This document shows positions 61,544 to 64,000 of a stretch of DNA of 64,000 bases, one piece after another. The position numbers and the translations under genes are program-made. The DNA comes from Oscillospiraceae bacterium (lineage in GTDB: Bacteria; Bacillota; Clostridia; Oscillospirales; SIG627): assembly GCA_015065325.1 (NCBI GenBank), contig SVQO01000007.1, positions 7,504 through 71,503 of the forward strand. The letters run 5' to 3'. The number at the start of each line of letters is the position of its first letter. Position 1 is the stretch's first letter. The notes beneath the pieces are model-generated. The model was not told the DNA's origin. It ran no database searches and saw only the letters and a list, made by a program, of their open reading frames with translations.

Positions 61544-62422
61544 TTATTCTGTAATTATTTTTTCCGCCTTTTCGCGGTATTGAACCGGTGTGATTCCGTA
61601 GTGTTTTTTAAATACGGAGTCAAAGTATTTTACCTCTCGAAACCCAAGATCATCTGAAATGTCGGAGATGCTTTTATCCGACTCAGTCAGAAGCCTTGTT
61701 GCTTCTTCGATCTTCAATCGATTGAAGCAAGTGATCAGGGATTCTCCGGTTTGGCTTTTGAATGTTTTACAAATGTAGGAGCGTGAGTAATTGAATCGTT
61801 CACATACGTCATTCAGAGCAATTTTCTTGTGAATGTTTTCGCGAAGGTAACGTAAAATAGCGTTAACCAGGTCTTGATGAAAATTGCGATCGCTGAAGAA
61901 TTCGATCTTCGAGCCCCCTTCAGCAGAAAGTTCTCGGACCAAGCAGATCAAAAGGTATTCAAGCTGCAAAAGAAGTGCTTGCTGTCCACCGAAAACAGGG
62001 GTATCCAAAACCTGCAGATGATCGCTCTCATTCAATCGAAATGTGTTTTGACATTCTTTCATAATGAGGTTCATACAAGAATGAATTTCTTGACCGAAGG
62101 GGAAAACGTACTCGGAGATTGCATCCAAAGCTTGAGAAAAACTGTCAAAACATACGACGAAAGCTTTGCTTCGGTTTCCATGATTGGAAAAATACGAATG
62201 TCTTTTGTTGGGGGAGATCAAAATCAGTTGGTTCTCGGAAATCGGATGCTCTTGGTTGTCAATGCGAACGGTAATACTGCCGCCGAATACAAAACATAGT
62301 TCCCAAAAGTCGTGAAATTCTTCGTAATTACGGTACTTTCCTTCAAAATCCAAAAATTCCGACGTGATCAGCTCTTTTATGTCAATTACGTTGCAGATCC
62401 TATGTCGAAGGTAAGTTTTCAT
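61544..62422 (-). CDS. AraC-family regulator
   Basis: HDFWEL cupin; LGFREVKYFDSVFKKHYGITPVQYR. Confidence 0.93.
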   Translation of the reverse strand: MKTYLRHRICNVIDIKELITSEFLDFEGKYRNYEEFHDFWELCFVFGGSITVRIDNQEHPISENQLILISPNKRHSYFSNHGNRSKAFVVCFDSFSQALDAISEYVFPFGQEIHSCMNLIMKECQNTFRLNESDHLQVLDTPVFGGQQALLLQLEYLLICLVRELSAEGGSKIEFFSDRNFHQDLVNAILRYLRENIHKKIALNDVCERFNYSRSYICKTFKSQTGESLITCFNRLKIEEATRLLTESDKSISDISDDLGFREVKYFDSVFKKHYGITPVQYREKAEKIITE

Positions 62423-62809
62423 CCGATTCCTCCAAAAAGCAAGCATGCTTTGTTACAATTATAATTTAAGCGCAAAACGTTGTAAATCTGAAATCTTCTA
62501 TATAAGTACCAAAATATTATTCTCAATTTGGTGATAAAGAAAATTTTGTCGTGCAAATTGCTAAATTTGATCAAGCAGAGCAATTCTGTTTTGGTGCTTT
62601 ATCCAAAGTTGGTTATATTTTATATGCTTTTAAGTAAAAATTCAACACTTTTCCGCATATATTTCTTTTAATACTTGATATCTTTTAAAAAAAGAGTAAA
62701 ATGATACCGTGACAAGTTGGCGTTCGTTTATCATGTAATTTTAGTTGCTTGAAAAAAATAATTTTGTCTGTTACAATAAACGTAATAATTTGATTGGAGA
62801 GTGAATTCT

Positions 62810-63595
62810 ATGAAACTGATTATTAAAGACAATTATGCAGAAATGAGTTTGTGGGCTGCAAATCACATTGCCAATGCGATCAATGCACATAGAGAAGACC
62901 GTCCCTTCGTACTGGGCCTTCCTACCGGTTCTTCTCCTCTCGGTGTGTATAAAAACCTGATTGAAATGAACCGTGCAGGTGAAGTCAGCTTCAAAAACGT
63001 GGTTACGTTCAACATGGATGAATACGTCGGCTTGCCACGTGAGCACGATCAAAGTTATTGGTATTTTATGCACGATAATTTCTTTAACCATATTGATATT
63101 CCTGCCGAAAACGTCAATATTCTCAACGGTATGGCTGAGGATCTTGAGGCAGAGTGTCAGAGATATGAAGATAAGATCGCCTCTTACGGCGGAATCGATC
63201 TGTTTCTTGGCGGCAGTGGTGTTGACGGTCACATTGCTTTCAACGAACCATTTACCTCTCTTAATTCCCGCACCGGTGTGCGTGCTCTGACCGAAGACAC
63301 TTTGATCGTAAACTCCAGATTCTTTGGAAACGATCCCGAGAAGGTTCCGAAGACTGCCCTTTCCGTCGGCGTTGGTACCGTTTGCGATTCCAAGGAGGTT
63401 CTTCTTGTTATTAACGGTCACGCAAAAGCTCGCGCTCTCCGTCATTGCGTAGAGGGTGGAGTAGATCACGCTTGGACTATCAGTGCACTGCAGCTCCATC
63501 CCAATGGTGTGATCGCTTGCGACGAGGCTGCCTGCGGCGAATTGAAGCTTGATACTTATAAATACTTCAAAGAGATTTATAAGAACGAGCAGTAA
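62810..63595 (+). CDS. nagB: Glucosamine-6-phosphate deaminase
   Basis: [31 protein letters not shown]. Confidence 0.96.
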   Translation: MKLIIKDNYAEMSLWAANHIANAINAHREDRPFVLGLPTGSSPLGVYKNLIEMNRAGEVSFKNVVTFNMDEYVGLPREHDQSYWYFMHDNFFNHIDIPAENVNILNGMAEDLEAECQRYEDKIASYGGIDLFLGGSGVDGHIAFNEPFTSLNSRTGVRALTEDTLIVNSRFFGNDPEKVPKTALSVGVGTVCDSKEVLLVINGHAKARALRHCVEGGVDHAWTISALQLHPNGVIACDEAACGELKLDTYKYFKEIYKNEQ

Positions 63596-63603
63596 TTTTT
63601 CTG

Positions 63604-63631
63604 AAAGAGTCGATCGCAGATCGGCTCTTTT
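63604..63631 (+). terminator. Intrinsic terminator after nagB
   Basis: AAAGAGTCGATC/GATCGGCTCTTT. Confidence 0.7.
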
Positions 63632-63661
63632 CTGATGAATTGATGAAAAGGGGAGAATAGA

Positions 63662-64000
63662 ATGCTTCGGCTTGCGTTGAACGCTATTGTGAAATACTTA
63701 TCGGGGTTGTTTCTGGTAGGTGTGTTATTGTTTCTTCCCGCCGGTACTTTTTCATTTTTTAATGCATGGCTTTTGATTGCACTCCTTTTTGGTCCGATGC
63801 TCCTATTTGGAATCATTCTTTTACTGAAGGATCCTGGATTGCTGCAAAAAAGATTGGACGCGAAGGAAGCGGAGAAAACCCAAAAAAGAGTGGTTGCATT
63901 GTTCGGGCTTTTGTTTGTTGCGGGATTTGTTCTTGCCGGATTGAATCATCGGTTCGCTTGGTCTGTATTACCCGATACCGTTGTTGTAACCGGTGCTATA
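63662..64000 (+). CDS. Partial membrane protein, ICMT/PEMT methyltransferase-like (runs off the window)
   Basis: MLRLALNAIVKY...LFLPAGT...AW...DPGLLQKRL; GGGAG RBS; no stop before 64000. Confidence 0.7.
   Translation, partial: MLRLALNAIVKYLSGLFLVGVLLFLPAGTFSFFNAWLLIALLFGPMLLFGIILLLKDPGLLQKRLDAKEAEKTQKRVVALFGLLFVAGFVLAGLNHRFAWSVLPDTVVVTGAI

Noticed and set aside
62423-62809. Long araC/nagB intergenic region as a possible sRNA or glmS ribozyme
   Set aside because: AT-rich, with no convincing stems, repeats or conserved motif visible by eye; consistent with divergent promoters.

Overview
This is a gene-dense chromosomal segment from an anaerobic Bacillota (Clostridia-like) bacterium; the taxonomy is inferred from gene content, sigma-A promoters, a T-box and THF/ZTP riboswitches. 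It is mostly housekeeping: murA, holB, darA, ktrAB, folT-folC, tadA, a class A PBP, dnaE, tgt, cysK, pflBA, aspS-gatCAB, metF and a split metH, nagA, nagB. I see no tRNA, rRNA, CRISPR array, IS or phage. Three cis-regulatory RNAs can be read directly: a THF riboswitch before folT, a ZTP riboswitch before pflBA, and an Asn-specifier T-box before aspS-gatCAB. Best leads: (1) a GatA that has lost its whole Ser-cisSer-Lys glutaminase triad inside an otherwise intact Asn-T-box aspS-gatCAB operon, suggesting an ammonia-fed transamidation route; (2) a large beta-helix/papain-like protein followed by an uncalled 46-aa YxxP peptide; (3) an AraC-led operon of five atypical hydrolase or ligand-binding genes (degenerate M24, orphan ASRT, DUF4838-like, PHP, SGNH) divergent from nagB; (4) the THF aptamer overlapping the tadA stop codon. 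All family assignments come from motif recognition by eye, not database searches.
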